From Tubulanus polymorphus (taxonomy: Eukaryota > Animalia > Nemertea): a DNA stretch of 64,000 nt. Shown in pieces: positions 22,801 to 61,105 of this stretch (positions within the stretch are counted from its first letter, which is position 1; each line of letters begins with the position of its first letter). The position numbers and the translations under genes are program-made. Under the pieces are notes generated by a model that did not search any database, was not told the DNA's origin, and saw nothing but the letters and a program-made list of their open reading frames with translations. Location of the stretch: NCBI RefSeq assembly GCF_964204645.1, contig NC_134030.1:21350210-21414209 (forward strand). The letters are read 5' to 3'.

Positions 22801-25090
22801 ACAGAGATCTGAGCGCCGCCGAATTTGCGGTCGTCAAAGACAAGTGTCTGAAAGGTTCGTGTGAATTTCATGGAAGATTTTTCTAAATTACTTCACTGTC
22901 CATGCAATAGGATAGGTTTTGACGTGATAACCTGACATGACATACTTACTGATCACTAGATGGCGAACTAGTCGCACCCGGCTGATCAGACTGTTTCGGC
23001 TTGCTTAAGTGTTGTCTTACAGTCGTTGAAATGCCTTTCTGCTCGTAGACATATTTTCGATAAGCTAAACCAATACGAAACCTGAACATATTTACAGGGG
23101 TCCGTTGCTCAAAAGTTGGTTAATCTAAATTTCAATAAAATGGTATTCATCCGTCGGTTAACTTTGGAGCAACACTGACCCCTGGAAATGTTATAGGTAT
23201 TATGGTTATTACTATTGAAAAAATTATCTTATTAATCAAACAAATTTGTTGCTTGAAATAGAACACATTTTTATGGCTACCTACATTCTATTTTTCGTTT
23301 TTCAAAATTTCAGCTAATTACCATCAGTTTTCTAGTGACTTAGCCGCTCCGCGATTAGATCCCAGCTCTGAGTATAAAGGCTGCTACCTGTCGACCGTTC
23401 AGTCGTTGCTTTACGGCCGCAAAGATTGGATGTCGCGCGACGAATGTACGTCTTATTGCCACCGAGAAAAACGCGCCTACACCGCCATGTCCGAAGGGTA
23501 ATTAATGGACAGAGTCCTAGTCCACCGTTTGAAGCACCAATATTGATGACGTAGTGCACATAGAATCGAACGCAGAACCCCTCGTATAACGCATACTCGG
23601 TATCAATCTATATAAACATTATAGTAACGGTTTTTGCGGCCTCAAACATGAGTCCATTTTTAATATTCAACCCCCTTTGCCCAGATATTTAGAAAAAATG
23701 CTGTCTACAAAAGGGCCGACTCCGATTTTTTTATATTCATTGATCATCGAGTTTATATTTGAATTCAAATTACTCAGGATTACGCTCAGAAAAATTGGAT
23801 TAATGTCAACTTCACTAATTATCCATGATAATTTATGCAAATGGTATGCAAATTCGGTAATTTCTTGTATTTTGATATATGGACTGCGCGCATTCGTTCG
23901 CTAATTCAATAACTAAGATCGGTTAGAAAGTTAACGCAGTTGTATATAGATGGCGCTTTGGTTTCTTTCCGATGGTAAATTATCTTATGCAAATTTTTCT
24001 ACACTTTTGCTCTTTGCTATTCGATGATCATTCAAAGCTTTAGATGGTCCACGTTATTCTCTATGCACATTACCGTACGCAGGAGATTTAGACATTTTAG
24101 ACAGGGCAGAAGTCGTAAGATTGGCTATAGAACCAACGTGATTTTAGATTGGCCTTAAGTCTAAGCCCTGACCTGACCCAGGCTAAAAGTTCGTACGCAC
24201 TTTTGCTCCACCATACCATCAGACGCTGACTTGAAGAATGCCTAGAATGCTTATTTACCATTTCGACCTAATGCTTATTTACCATTTCGGCCTAATCAGG
24301 TGCCTCTTTACTGTGCTTACGTCGGATGCTTTGGCACCTTGAAAAAGATGCCGATTATTTATGTTAATTTTATGCAAATCTACAGGGGTCGATGTCGTTG
24401 CGTGGTGGATGTGGGTACCTTACGGAAAGTAGCTGAATCCCACTGCAGTAACAGATGCGTTAAACAGTACCAGTGGACGTGCGGAGGTGTGGAATCCGAT
24501 AAAAACACCGGTTACTATTCCGTCTATAGAATACCTGGCGCATCGGCAGACGACACTTCGACTATTGACGGTAAGCGCCGTTTTTTTCTCAGAGACCTAG
24601 ATGACATTTTTGAATAGTTTTAAGCACGCAAGGTCTGCGTATGGGAATCTGTTATTCTTGATCTCTTAATGAACAAAATGGACGTCTTAAGTTGCGAAGT
24701 GTGTATTGCTAGAGAAAATTGGTTTGATTAACGAGCGTTGCATATATTTATGGCAGGAAATAGAACGCGGCACCACTTTGCTGCAGCAAGTTAGGATCCG
24801 CTAGGTGGAGTTAGTGGTTTTTCAGTAAACTGAGAGGGGTTATGTAATAGGTGGATTATTTTATAGAACAAACAATCAGTTAGGTCATAGGTTGATGTCC
24901 GTGGCAGCCATTTTCTGATATCTTCCTTCATCGGTCTTTATCTATCTTTACAGACAGGCAGCTACTGTTCGCGGACGAGGAAAAAGGGCGCGGCAACGAG
25001 TTGCTAAAGGCAACGGGATTCGCGTCTCTGCGCGTCGCTAGGATGATGCAGACGCACTTAGCAAGGGAACCGAAGTGTCGTGCGCGCTAG
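19878..25090 (+). CDS. Gene C: secreted WSC - LamG/ConA-like lectin - WSC protein (~519 aa)
   Basis: Exons: 19878-19880 (ATG|gtaagt, inferred; otherwise start at 20616), 20613-20848 (signal peptide and WSC half; GC donor), 21587-21762, 22216-22854 (LamG-like: IVAWWPLD..DISGAGLDG..SFSIAFF..WHYFTVSY..LWLG..YGKLSCLTIFDRDLS), 23314-23497, 24386-24570, 24954-25090. Total 1560 nt in frame. No TM seen. AATAAA at 25166 and 25175. The last-exon acceptor is slightly ambiguous. Confidence 0.8.
21125..21550 (+). repeat. 47-bp satellite array
   Basis: 47-bp period (21185, 21232...). Confidence 0.9.
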
Positions 25091-27558
25091 ACGAACCTGC
25101 TATCGAGCATCCCGTCTAACCTCTACCCCCGTAACGTATAAACCGTATCAGAATGAACTCCAAAAAATAAAATGAATAAACATCTTTTCTTATTCAAACG
25201 TGAACGGTTCTTATCATTATTATTATAATATAAAATATATCAACTATTTGTACAAATTTTCAGCTATATTTTACAATCGAATGTCCGGGAAACAGTTCCA
25301 CAGTTGTCAATGAGAGGTGACTCTGACTCTGACTCCGAGTTCATTTTCAAAATCTTCACTCTGGGACATATTTTGATCCACAACTGCAGAACTGGCCATG
25401 TGTCCAGTTCCACAGTTGTTGTGAGGTTCCAATTGACTCTGACTTGAAATTAGTTAGTTTCCGAAATGTTGACTCTGGTCCAATATTTCCCATTTACAAC
25501 TGTGGAATCGAATCCTGGTTTATATATTTTAAGAAAAACATATGGCCAGCTATTATGTCATGATATATCAATTTATATATAAAGAATTCCATTATCAATC
25601 ACAGAACAAGTCAATTACACAACATTATACAAAAAAAAAACAATTCTGCTAGTAAAGATGGCTGTCATGGAGGCATATTCACCAATGGTATTCACCAATG
25701 GCCTTAATAAAGATGGCTGTCGTACTGGCTTGCTGATGCAAATAGTGATATATTCAGTGCCACTGGCAAGAAAATATAATACCGAAATCAATGTTAACAT
25801 TTACCACTCGTTAGCAGGAAAATAGCCGCCATCTTTGTATAGGAATTTATTTCTACAGGACCCAGTTTCACAAACATAGTTCACTCAACTTTTTGGTGAA
25901 ATTGCTATTGGTTACTTCATGTTTTCAATGAGGACAAGAATTTAAACTGAACCGTTTTAGGCTTAAACTATTTCGCGAAACTGAGACCTGGTGCCCATTA
26001 AGATAGCTGCCGTCTTGGTAAATAGGCACTTCGTCACTGCTGGCAACCTTGTAGATGGCCGCCATCTTGATATATGGGCACTTGCTACAATGGCACGTCA
26101 ATCGATTTCAAACTTTCAATGATCAGATTTTCAATTAATCAAATGATTAGTCATTTGTGTAATATTTAGTTTAGGCAGCCACCATCAACAGAAAGGACGA
26201 ACGTTTTACTAGCAGAACTCTTACCCTTCATTTTGTCATGAGCAGAAATCGCAGAAACAAAAGTCACCGAGCGACCGTTTGATTGGCTGTCACGTGGACT
26301 CGATCGCCGAAAAAAAACGTCATGGATTCGTACATGTGTAAGTCATTATTATAGTAAGTCATTTTGAACGAGGGCACGCGGTCACATTAATCAAGAACTT
26401 CAATAAAAGTACAATGTCACATTTATCAAGACCCTCAATTACGGTCACATGATAACATATATCCTAATTTTCAATAAAAGTTATCTTAAATATCCATAAT
26501 TCTTGAAAACGTCTTTTTCTAATCGAAATCCATGATTTTTCTTATATAACCAAAAAAAAAGAATTTTCATTACTTCAACGATGACTCCGCGATCGATTGT
26601 GGCAAGTGAGGTCGATCCACCAGGTGGCGATAGTGTACAAATATGATGCTGGAATACTCGACGAACTCGATAATAATCTAATTTCAATTTTTTTCCGAAT
26701 ATTCGATTAAGCATACAACAAATGATTCAATGAATTTGATTTCTAGATGGAAGTTAGAACTGTATTAGGCGAATATTTCCTAACTGTATGGAACGCCATC
26801 TGGTGGTTCGGAGTCAGATTACATCAGATCTAAGATCATTTACTCTGGTTCTATATACACAAAAACGTAATTACAAATGTATACGGAATAAGTGATCAAA
26901 ATACAACAAACATTAAAATTCGACTATGATTTTGAAATCACAAATAACGGCTAGTGCAGAAATAGTACGCCCTACGACCACTAGGTGGCGGTACTCTGAA
27001 TATAAAGACGGCATCATCATGTATACATATTTATAAATATATATTGTTTCTTAAAGCAGTATATTGACCCGACTGAAGTTGCTGTTAGAAGACGAAGTGC
27101 GTAGGACATCCTTCTGGTCCCCCTGTTTTCCTGGAGGATTAGAATCGCAATCGAAATTAGATGAACTGGTCCTCTTTTCAATTGTTTAGGTCCGTGGTCC
27201 GATTCGAAGCCTTTTATTCCAAAATTTGGGAGAATTTTTCATAAATTTGTTTTCAAGAATTTTCGTCATGATTTCAGTGCGCATACCGCTGCACCTGAGC
27301 GGGTTTTCTAATGACTATTCAGGCAGCCTCGTCGATTTTCGAAATATCAATAATTGCGATCCGATTTCTATCTAAACCTGCCAGTGTTTGAACTCGCAGA
27401 CGATTGACCGTCCGGTGCTGCCATCTATGCAGCACGGAGCAACTAAAAGATTTTCAAAATAAACGGTATTCGATCTAAAAGACGGGCATGAGATCCAGCG
27501 CCTCTTTGATTGGCTGACTGACACTCGCATTAAAGATTCGACCTTGAGATGAACGTGA

Positions 27559-52157
<24,599 letters not shown>

Positions 52158-52984
52158 AAACAACTAGCAATTTCGGCCTGATTTTGACAGTAGTGTTTGT
52201 AGGTACTGTACGCTTAGCAGACGTTTGATCTGTCCCGCTGTGGTCTGTCCAAGTTAACCAAGAAATCGTGGAGCGAAGTTCGGTGATGTTTGTCATAAAA
52301 TGTTCGCCCGAATTCGCTACTGAATTCGCCAGCTCTCAAGTTTATCTGCAATGGAAAGAAAGCGATTGGAGTCGGTTTTTAGAATGGAACTAGAAGCCGA
52401 ACTTGACCAGGTCTCAATATGTAAAACAACAAAACTAACTTGAAAGTTTAAAAGCGCCTTCAAAAATAAGACATTTATTGTTTAATTGTGTCAACAATAA
52501 ATGATATAATATAGATTACTCTAATATCGAATTTACGTAATTTTAGAAATTAATATACCGATAAATGAATTTAATTGACCGGCAACCAGTCTAACGCTGA
52601 TGTATCGGAGACGTAGTGCACATCCTCTCAAAAATTATTTCTAAAATGTATCGAATATGAAATGAGAGTTATGAAATATATTTAGAATAAACGCCAAAAT
52701 TCACAATTTTGATTTTAGTTTTGATATTGGTGACGTCGTGCATATGCCGCCTGGAAAAACTGAATACAGTAAGTAAATATAAATAGTTTCCCTGCAGAAT
52801 TTAAAGCTAAAATATCAGATTTCGAATTCAATTCATTTTTCACCATGCAGAATATTGCAGGTTTAAAATGTTAGATTTAGAAGTGAATTAATTTTGAGCG
52901 TTCGGCAATTTTTAAATTGGAAAGGGCAATTTGAAAGTGTTGGCCAAGGTTTTTTGAAAATTATAATCAATAAGATTTGTGAAT

Positions 52985-53260
52985 TCTAGCCCCCGAGTTG
53001 GTGTCAAATAATGAGTAAGAGTTTGTGAAATACAGTAGACTCTGTCTCTTACTGCGGTAAAGTTGAGACCGGTAAAATTCTACCCCGAGTTGGTGTCAAA
53101 TAATGAGTAAGAGTTTGTGAAATACAGTAGACTCTGTCTCTTACTGCGGTAAAGTTGAGACCGGTAAAATTCTACCCCGAGTTGGTGTCAAATACTGAGT
53201 AAGAGTTTGTGAAATACAGTAGACTCTGTCTCTTACTGCGGTAAAGTTGAAACTTGTAAA
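52985..53260. repeat. 92-bp tandem repeat x3
   Basis: Period 92; contains TACAGTAGACTCT, which resembles a Tc1/pogo terminus. Confidence 0.9.
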
Positions 53261-53984
53261 ATCACGAATTTGAATCATGAATTAAGTTCAGGTTTGACTC
53301 GGAGTTAAAAATGAACAAATTCTAACTCAGAAATAATAACTTATAATTATGAAACTGAGTCTAATATTCTAAAATGCCGCGAATAGGGACGAGACAATTT
53401 CTTTATTTTTGTTGAAAAAAAAACCAAATTTGCGAGGATGAAAGTTCAGATTTGCGTTAATTCGTTGAAAATGAACTAATTCTAACTCGCGGTCCTTATT
53501 TTCTAAAATACCGCGTAGGGACGAGACGATTTCTTTAAAACAAAAACAGGAATTATCACTGAACTAGTGAATACGAATATAGATAGGCAAGTACGTACCG
53601 GTGAAAGATCTGATAAACCTGAAATACCGTAACTGAAATAACTAACACGCCGGGTATTCACAGTAACACAACGACTCTCTTTCAGTTCTGACAATCGAAT
53701 GAATAAGAATCGCGTAGATATAGTTATATCTACGAGCGGGATTTGGAAAGCGGCCAGAACTCGCGCGGCGCAACCAACTAACAACACCGACCAAACCAAC
53801 CAACCAAACGGCGTCGTCGATCGCCGAATGAAATAATGCCAATGTTAGGTCAATGGAAATTTACAAATCCCGACAACGAGCTCGAACCGAGAATTGAATA
53901 CCGTAATTTTTATATGAACCTAACGCGAACCAATCCTATTATTATATCGTATTAATGAGGAATAATATTCATTAAATCACATTG

Positions 53985-54123
<139 letters not shown>

Positions 54124-54316
54124 AATTCATGAAATCATCGCGCATAGAATTTGGATTTAAAATGAGAATTATCAGCTAAATAAATCCGCATATTTTACCC
54201 GACTTTCTGCTATTTACTAATCTTATTAATATATATGCGAATAATTGTCGTATTGTTTTATCTATGGAAATGCCTCGTGGTCACGTTGTGTGGCGTTAAC
54301 TGGAAAAGACCCAGAA

Positions 54317-54505
54317 TAGTCGACAAAAACCCACAATAAAAAAGAAAGACTATCTGATAGTTTGACGTTTCGACTCAAATCTATGAGCCATTTTCAAAAA
54401 CTGTTTTTGACTTTTGTTCAGTTTTTGAAAATGGCTCATAGATTTGCGTCGAAACGTCAAACTATCAGGTAATTTTTCTTTTTTATAGTGGGTTTTTGTC
54501 GACTA
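54317..54505. mobile_element. Palindromic Penelope-type element with a hammerhead (U3-A8 variant) on each strand
   Basis: ~86-bp inverted arms. Minus strand 54359-54402 reads AGTTT-TTGAAAA-T-GGCTC(ATAGATTT)GAGTC-GAAA-CGTC-AAACT; plus-strand copy at 54420-54463. Confidence 0.7.
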
Positions 54506-55559
54506 ATTGATATTGGACAGCCACTTGTCTATCTATGACTGTGACATTTACTATGTATGACCAGGGATTGGAATTCTTTTTGGGGAATTTCCGGACCGAC
54601 TTGGGTGTAGTTTTTGACCAAGTAATCGCTGGCATTTAGTTCCAGATTGATGTAGAGGGAATCCCACAATGATAATAAAAAGTCCGCAAAATGAAACTTC
54701 GAGATAGTAGTTCATTTCAATGTTTTGACTATATCCTAATAGTCATCTTCAGGAATAATGAAATACTACAAAAATTATGAGATCGCGTGCGAAATTCTGT
54801 TTTGAAAATTGCTAATAGAATCGGTTCAAAACATGAAATACGTGTTTCAGTTTTTTCTACATATTGTATCGTCTTTTTTTCAATTAAATTAAACAAGTTT
54901 TAAGAATGATAACTTTGCCAAACAGGATATATGTCCGGGCCTACAGCGCTGCATGCCGCTAGTTACACATCACTGGTTATACAACCGAACTTAATCAGCT
55001 CGGACTGGTTTTAACTTGTTATAATAGCTAAGACTGGTCTTTGATCTAAGCTATGACCTTGCAAACGACCCAATAAATATTTTCACCTATAGGGCGCATA
55101 TCCGCAGTAGGTCCGAGCCGGAGCCCTCCAATCTTCATCAAGCACAATATATTTCTTTTTTATGCTAACTATGTTCCACAAAAGCCACGATATCGCTTTT
55201 AAAGGGTCAATTATTTTTCAAAATTCTCTGGAGGCACCAAAAATCAATCGACGTGAAAAATAATAATATTCCCTAGAACACGCAATCACAAGCGGCGCGA
55301 AACGTAATCTGATAGCTTTTTGAGTTCGCTGTCTGGAACTTCGTCAATACTTTCCTTTTTTCATTTGTTCGATTCGACCTATAAATTCGCTGTAAATATT
55401 TTGTTCCGTCGGTTGATATTCAGTTTACTGTAAAAGGTTAAAACATCGCGAACGAACTGATTCTAAGTTCTATTGAGAAAAATACACGAATACGAAATTG
55501 CACTTGTCTCAAGATTATCTATAGAATCCAATGACACTGATCTTTGGTTGTTGAATTAG

Positions 55560-56665
55560 CTATAGAACCAAAAAGCTTGTGGATTGTGGACCGGTGGTCT
55601 TAAGTTGTTAGTTTTGTTATACAACCAAAAAGCTTAGACCGGTGGTCTTAAGTAGTTAGATTTGTTATAGAACCAACATGAGCTTAGACTGGTCTTAAGT
55701 AGTTAGATTTGTTATAGAACCAACATGAGCTTTGACTGGTCTTAAGTTGTTAGATTGGTTATAGAACCGACATGAGATTAGACTGGTCTTAAGTTGTTAG
55801 ATTTATTATAGAACCAAAATGAGCTTAGGCTGGTCTTAAGTTTTTAGATTTGTTATAGAACCAAAATGAGCTTAGGCTGGTCTTAAATTGTTAGATTGGT
55901 TAAAGAACCAACATGAGCTTAGACTGGTCTTAAGTTTTTAGATTTGTTATAGAACCAAAATGAGCTTAGGCTGGTCTTAAATTGTTAGATTGGTTAAAGA
56001 ACCAACATGAGCTTAGACTGGTCTTAAGTTGTTAGATTTATTATAGAACCAAAATGAGCTTAGGCTGGTCTTAAGTTGATAGATTGGTTATAGAACCGAC
56101 ATGAGATTAGACTGGTCTTAAGTTGTTAGATTTATTATAGAACCAAAATGAGCTTAGGCTGGTCTTAAGTTTTTAGATTTGTTATAGAACCAAAATGAGC
56201 TTAGGCTGGTCTTAAATTGTTAGATTGGTTAAAGAACCAACATGAGCTTAGACTGGTCTTAAGTTTTTAGATTTGTTATAGAACCAAAATGAGCTTAGGC
56301 TGGTCTTAAATTGTTAGATTGGTTAAAGAACCAACATGAGCTTAGACTGGTCTTAAGTTGTTAGATTTATTATAGAACCAAAATGAGCTTAGGCTGGTCT
56401 TAAGTTGATAGATTGGTTATAGAACCGACATGAGATTAGACCGGTCTCAAGTTGTTAGATTGGTTAAAGAACTGACATGAGCTTAGACTGGTCTTAAGTT
56501 GTTAGATTGGTTATAGAAACAAAATAAGTTTAGGCTGGTCTTAAGTTGTTAGATTGGTTTATAGAACCAAAATGACCTTAGACTGGTCTTAAGTTGTTAG
56601 ATTGGTTAAAGAACCAACATGAGTTTAGACTGGTCTTGCGTTGTTAGATTAGCTATAGAACTTCG
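55560..56665 (+). repeat. 47-bp satellite, longest array (~23 copies)
   Basis: Same unit; variant pattern repeats as a higher-order block. Confidence 0.95.
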
Positions 56666-57154
56666 ATATCCAGACTGTTCCTAAATGTAAGCCATGACCT
56701 TGCAAACACATCTCATGTAGTAGCCGAAATGTCAAATGCAATACCCACAAACCAGACCATTTTTTCTTTTCTATTTCTATTTTTCTTTAACCTATTCAAT
56801 TACATTACTTCTTAACGATTGTTCGACAAACAGGTTTCTTTCTATTGCGTATATCTTACACAATAATATGTATATTTGCCCGTCGTATCGTCTGCCATAC
56901 ACCAGTCCGTAGCTAATGTCGTTTTATTCAATCCAAAATTAGTCTGTCCTTTTACTCAAAGAATTTACAAGTACGCGAGGTAAAAGACTTCTTTGTAAGG
57001 CTACATGTATGATATAATAACTAGAATTTTTGCTAGCTCGGGAACCAGCTCGGCGAATACATCCCGAGTCGTCACAACGTTCAGTTTTTGGTCAGATCTC
57101 CTTATTCAATGTATAGTCGTCGAGATATTTTGATTTGATTTCCTTAATTCACCG

Positions 57155-57435
57155 CGCCACAACAGCAGCGGCAGCACCACCACCACCAACAGCAGCAGAG
57201 CAGCGGCAGCAGCAGCAGCAGCAGAACCACCACCACCAACAGCAGCAGCAGTGGCAGTATCAGCGGCAACGTCACCACCAACACCACCACCACCACCAAC
57301 AGCAGCAGCAGCAACAGCAACAGCAGTAGCACCACCACCACAACCAACAGTAGCAGAGCAGCAGCAGCAGCAGCAGCAGCAACAGAGCCACCACCACCAA
57401 CAGCAGCAGCAGTGGCAGTATCAGCGGCAGTGCAG
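57155..57435. repeat. Compound CAG/CAC/CAA trinucleotide repeat
   Basis: Low-complexity triplets with an internal duplication. Confidence 0.95.
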
Positions 57436-58000
57436 TTAATTTTCGATAGCAATTCATGATAAATGAATTTCGTTTTGATTTTTGAAGTGTATATAATAAG
57501 TCGGTTTGAAACTTATATTTTCCACGTCTGTGTGCCCCATTTCTATTCTACAATCAAAATTCCTACAAGTGTGTTTTACACTTATTAGCCCATATCTATT
57601 CCCCACGTGTGAACGTGGCCATTCTATTATCAAAATTCCTTACTCTAAATCATTACTAATTAGGCAGGTCTTCGATTAAAGTTTGAAGTCCTAACACGAG
57701 GTAAACTCGCGGTCAAGGGTTAGAGGTTTTACCGGTCAGTGGTCAATATTCAGAACTCTACCTCTAGCCCAGGGCCTGATAGTATGAGTCGTGCTGTCAA
57801 AACCACCTTAACAAATGAACAAATTATTTCTATCGCTGTTAAATTTCGTTCGTATATTTACGGTCCTGGAAGGGGCAAGCTGTGACATGTCCGGCCCGTA
57901 CACGTGAAAAACACGTGCCATGACACCAACTAGCGACGGAAACAAAGTATGAGTTTAAAAACGTTGAAAATAAACTGATTTTGACTGGGTTTTTACTTTT

Positions 58001-58290
58001 TCTCCTGAAGTTCGTTGTAACGAGGTTCCGCTGTATATAGAACTATCGGTTATAACGAACAGATTATCTGGTCTCCTGAAGTTCGTTGTAACGAGGTTCC
58101 GCTGTATATAGAACTATCGGTTATAACGAACAGATTTTCTGGTCTCCCTGAAGTTCGTTGTAACGAGGTTCCGCTGTATATAGAACTATCGGTTATAACG
58201 AACAGATTTTCTGGTCTCCTGAAGTTCTTTGTAACGAGGTTCCGCTGTATATAGAACTATCGGTTATAACGAACAGATTTTCTGGTCTCC
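58001..58290. repeat. 71-bp tandem repeat x4 built from a Tc1/pogo-like terminal sequence
   Basis: Period 71; minus strand reads TA-CAGCGGAACCTCGTTACAACGAAC. Confidence 0.85.
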
Positions 58291-59989
58291 TTATAATCAC
58301 TGCTACAAATCACTGCACCTATGTTTTACCACGTTATCTCTGTATTACATGAATTATATTTGTAAACTGAAATGAAATGAAATGAAATGAATTGAGGACT
58401 GATTTGAGGACTCCCCAGCCCGCAGCTTCGCCGAATCTTGAATATATTGCCTTATCTCTGTTAAATGCATGCGTTAAATGAGATTAATTATTTCGAATGA
58501 ATTCGATGAAGACACTTAATTATTCATATATCGCGACGTTTCGGAATTATTCTAATTAGACGTTGTTTTAATAATTAGCCCACCGAAGAGATTAGTTTAT
58601 AGGGTAGCGGTATAGATTAGTTTCAATTTCAAAATTTTCAACCGAAGACTAGGCGGATCCAGAGGGGACCTGAGTGCCGCCTCGAATTTTCGTCAGAGAC
58701 AATTTCTTATTTCGTTTTTACTAGTTATTTTCCAAAAATTAACCCAGGAATCTTAAAGGGTCAATTTGTCATCATTCCGACCAGAAAAAAATCCTTTTGC
58801 GTCCGTGTCATTTGAAGCAATGAATTCAAATTCAGAATTTTCGCTGCTTGAAATAATTTGGGAAAAGTCAGTGAAATTTGTTGAGATTGCCAGGTCTAGA
58901 CAGCTTACGTCTAAGTCTTACATGTATTTGACTGTGTTAATTGATTGGATTCTTAGCAGATCAAGTCAGAGAAAAAACAACGCGCATGTCAGCTAATAGT
59001 CAGGGGAAATGCAAGTCAAATAAAAGTCGCCAGCCTGTCTGATAGTTTAGAAGTTTTGTCTAAACTTCAACATCAGATAATCTAAAATGATAACAGTATT
59101 ATGTTACATAATGTTATGTAATCATTTCAGTTTCGTTGAATCATTTCAGTGAAGTTTGGACAAAACTTTGAAACTGTCAGAGTAAATTTTCAAATCATCA
59201 ACTGTGGGTTTTGCTCTGATTAACTCCAAAATGCTGAGATTAATACCCGTCTACCTTGATAGATTAGCCCCCTCCCCCTAAACAGAATCAACGCCTCTAA
59301 CTTGTAGAACTCGATCTATATTTTCTAATTAAATGCGCTAAAACAAATTCATCAAAGCTCCATCTGCGGAAATCCGGGGGGTCGCCATAGGAACAGCCAG
59401 ACAAACCAGTTTTCAATTATGAAATGCCGATGAATTTTTCATCATATATTCCATCTAAATGCGAACAAAGACATCGAAAAAAAAAGATATTTCAAAGCTA
59501 CCCTGGAATCATCCCCGCGCAGATGTGTTTTCAAAAAGTCACGGGCGAGGCACGTGATATCGTAGCTGTATTAGTCATTTGTAAACACGTTGTCATAGAA
59601 TCTATCGTTGATAGAATATTCACATAAAGATGTGGTAGCTTCTCTTTTTTTAATAGTGTTCGACTTTGTAAGAAGATTTTATCGATGGCGTTTAATTCAA
59701 ACATCAACACTGATTATCATTCAGCGACATTTCAGCAGAAACTGACCCTGCGTGGTATTTCACTCGGGTCGGTTTTATCACGGACGGATAGTACTAGATT
59801 CTAGTTTACACGACGTCCGTGGTTTTTTTCCTAGTATTAGCTTTGACCGATTTTACTAGTTATGACCTTGACCTCGGAGTTAGGTTTTGGTACTAGTAAA
59901 ACGACGCTTGGTTGCACAAAAAGTGCTCTGGCCATAATTTGTTACATTCGCTTACACTTCTATGGTTTCATTGGATAGAACGACGATTA

Positions 59990-60485
59990 GCTTTAACTGG
60001 TCTGATGTTGTTGTTAGATTGGTTATAGAACTAAGATGAGCTTAGACTGGTCTTAAGTTGTTAGATTGGTTATAGAACCAAAATTAGCTTAGACTGGTCT
60101 TAAGTTGTTAAATTAGCTAAAGAACCCAAATGAGCTTTAACTGGTCTGATGTTGTTGTTAGATTGGTTATAGAACTAAGATGAGCTTAGACTGGTCTTAA
60201 GTTGTTAGATTGGTTATAGAACCAAAATTAGCTCAGGCTGGTGTTAAATTGTTAGTTAGATTGGTTATAGAACCAAAATTAGCTTAGACTGGTCTTAAGT
60301 TGTAAGATTGGTTATAGAATAGAACCAAAATGAGCTTAGACTGGTTTTAAGTTGTCCGATTGGTTATAGAACTAAGATGAGCTTAGACTGGTCTTAAGTT
60401 GTTAGATTGGTTGTAGAACCAAAATTAGCTCAGGCTGGTGTTAAATTGTTAGTTAGATTGGTTATAGAACCAAAATTAGCTTATT
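59990..60485 (+). repeat. 47-bp satellite array
   Basis: Same unit. Confidence 0.9.
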
Positions 60486-60852
60486 ACTATACACGCCTTT
60501 GCAAATGGCCCGCGGTCTTGGAAAACGGACATTGGAAAACGTGATTATTTCGGCATCCACACATAAATACAATTTCTACTTTTAATATGGTTTCCATTTT
60601 TTGAATTCGGTTTATATGACATTGATTTATGAAATAAATGATAAAATGTACCGAATTCCACAATAATTGTGGACCAAGTTCCACAGTTCTGTGGCGAATT
60701 CCACAGTCCTGGCCCCAGTTCCACACTGTGACATAGAATCTTACGAAAGGCTTATGAAAATGAACGAATCTTAATTCGGGGCTAAAGATTACTGACACAA
60801 CAATATTTTTAAAAACCTCTTGAGTCTTGAGCTAAAAAACAGAAGCTAGAAA

Positions 60853-61105
60853 TAAAGATTAAAACCCACTATCTACAGATTAAAAGAATTTAAAATCAAG
60901 AATTTATTTATTCGAACAATCTAAAATATATAATAAACACGACGTTTCGATCTCACCCTAGAGATCATCGTCAGGTGTGACTATCGATGATCTCTAGGGT
61001 GAGATCGAAACATCGTGTCTTATATATATATTTGATATTGTTCGAATAAATAAATTCTTGATTTTAAATTCTTTTAATCTGTAGATAGTGGGTTTTAATC
61101 TTTTT
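60853..61105. mobile_element. Long palindromic Penelope-type element
   Basis: ~115-bp near-perfect inverted arms AAAACCCACTATCTACAG... / ...CTGTAGATAGTGGGTTTT with a hammerhead at the centre. Confidence 0.75.
60937..60978 (-). ncRNA. Minimal type-I hammerhead ribozyme with intact core
   Basis: Minus strand: ACAC-CUGACGA-U-GAUCUC(UAGGGU)GAGAUC-GAAA-CGUC^GUGU. Stem I ACAC/GUGU, GUC cleavage triplet. Confidence 0.8.

Noticed and set aside
57135-57457. PolyQ/polyH ORFs
   Set aside because: Triplet repeat with no convincing splice or gene context.
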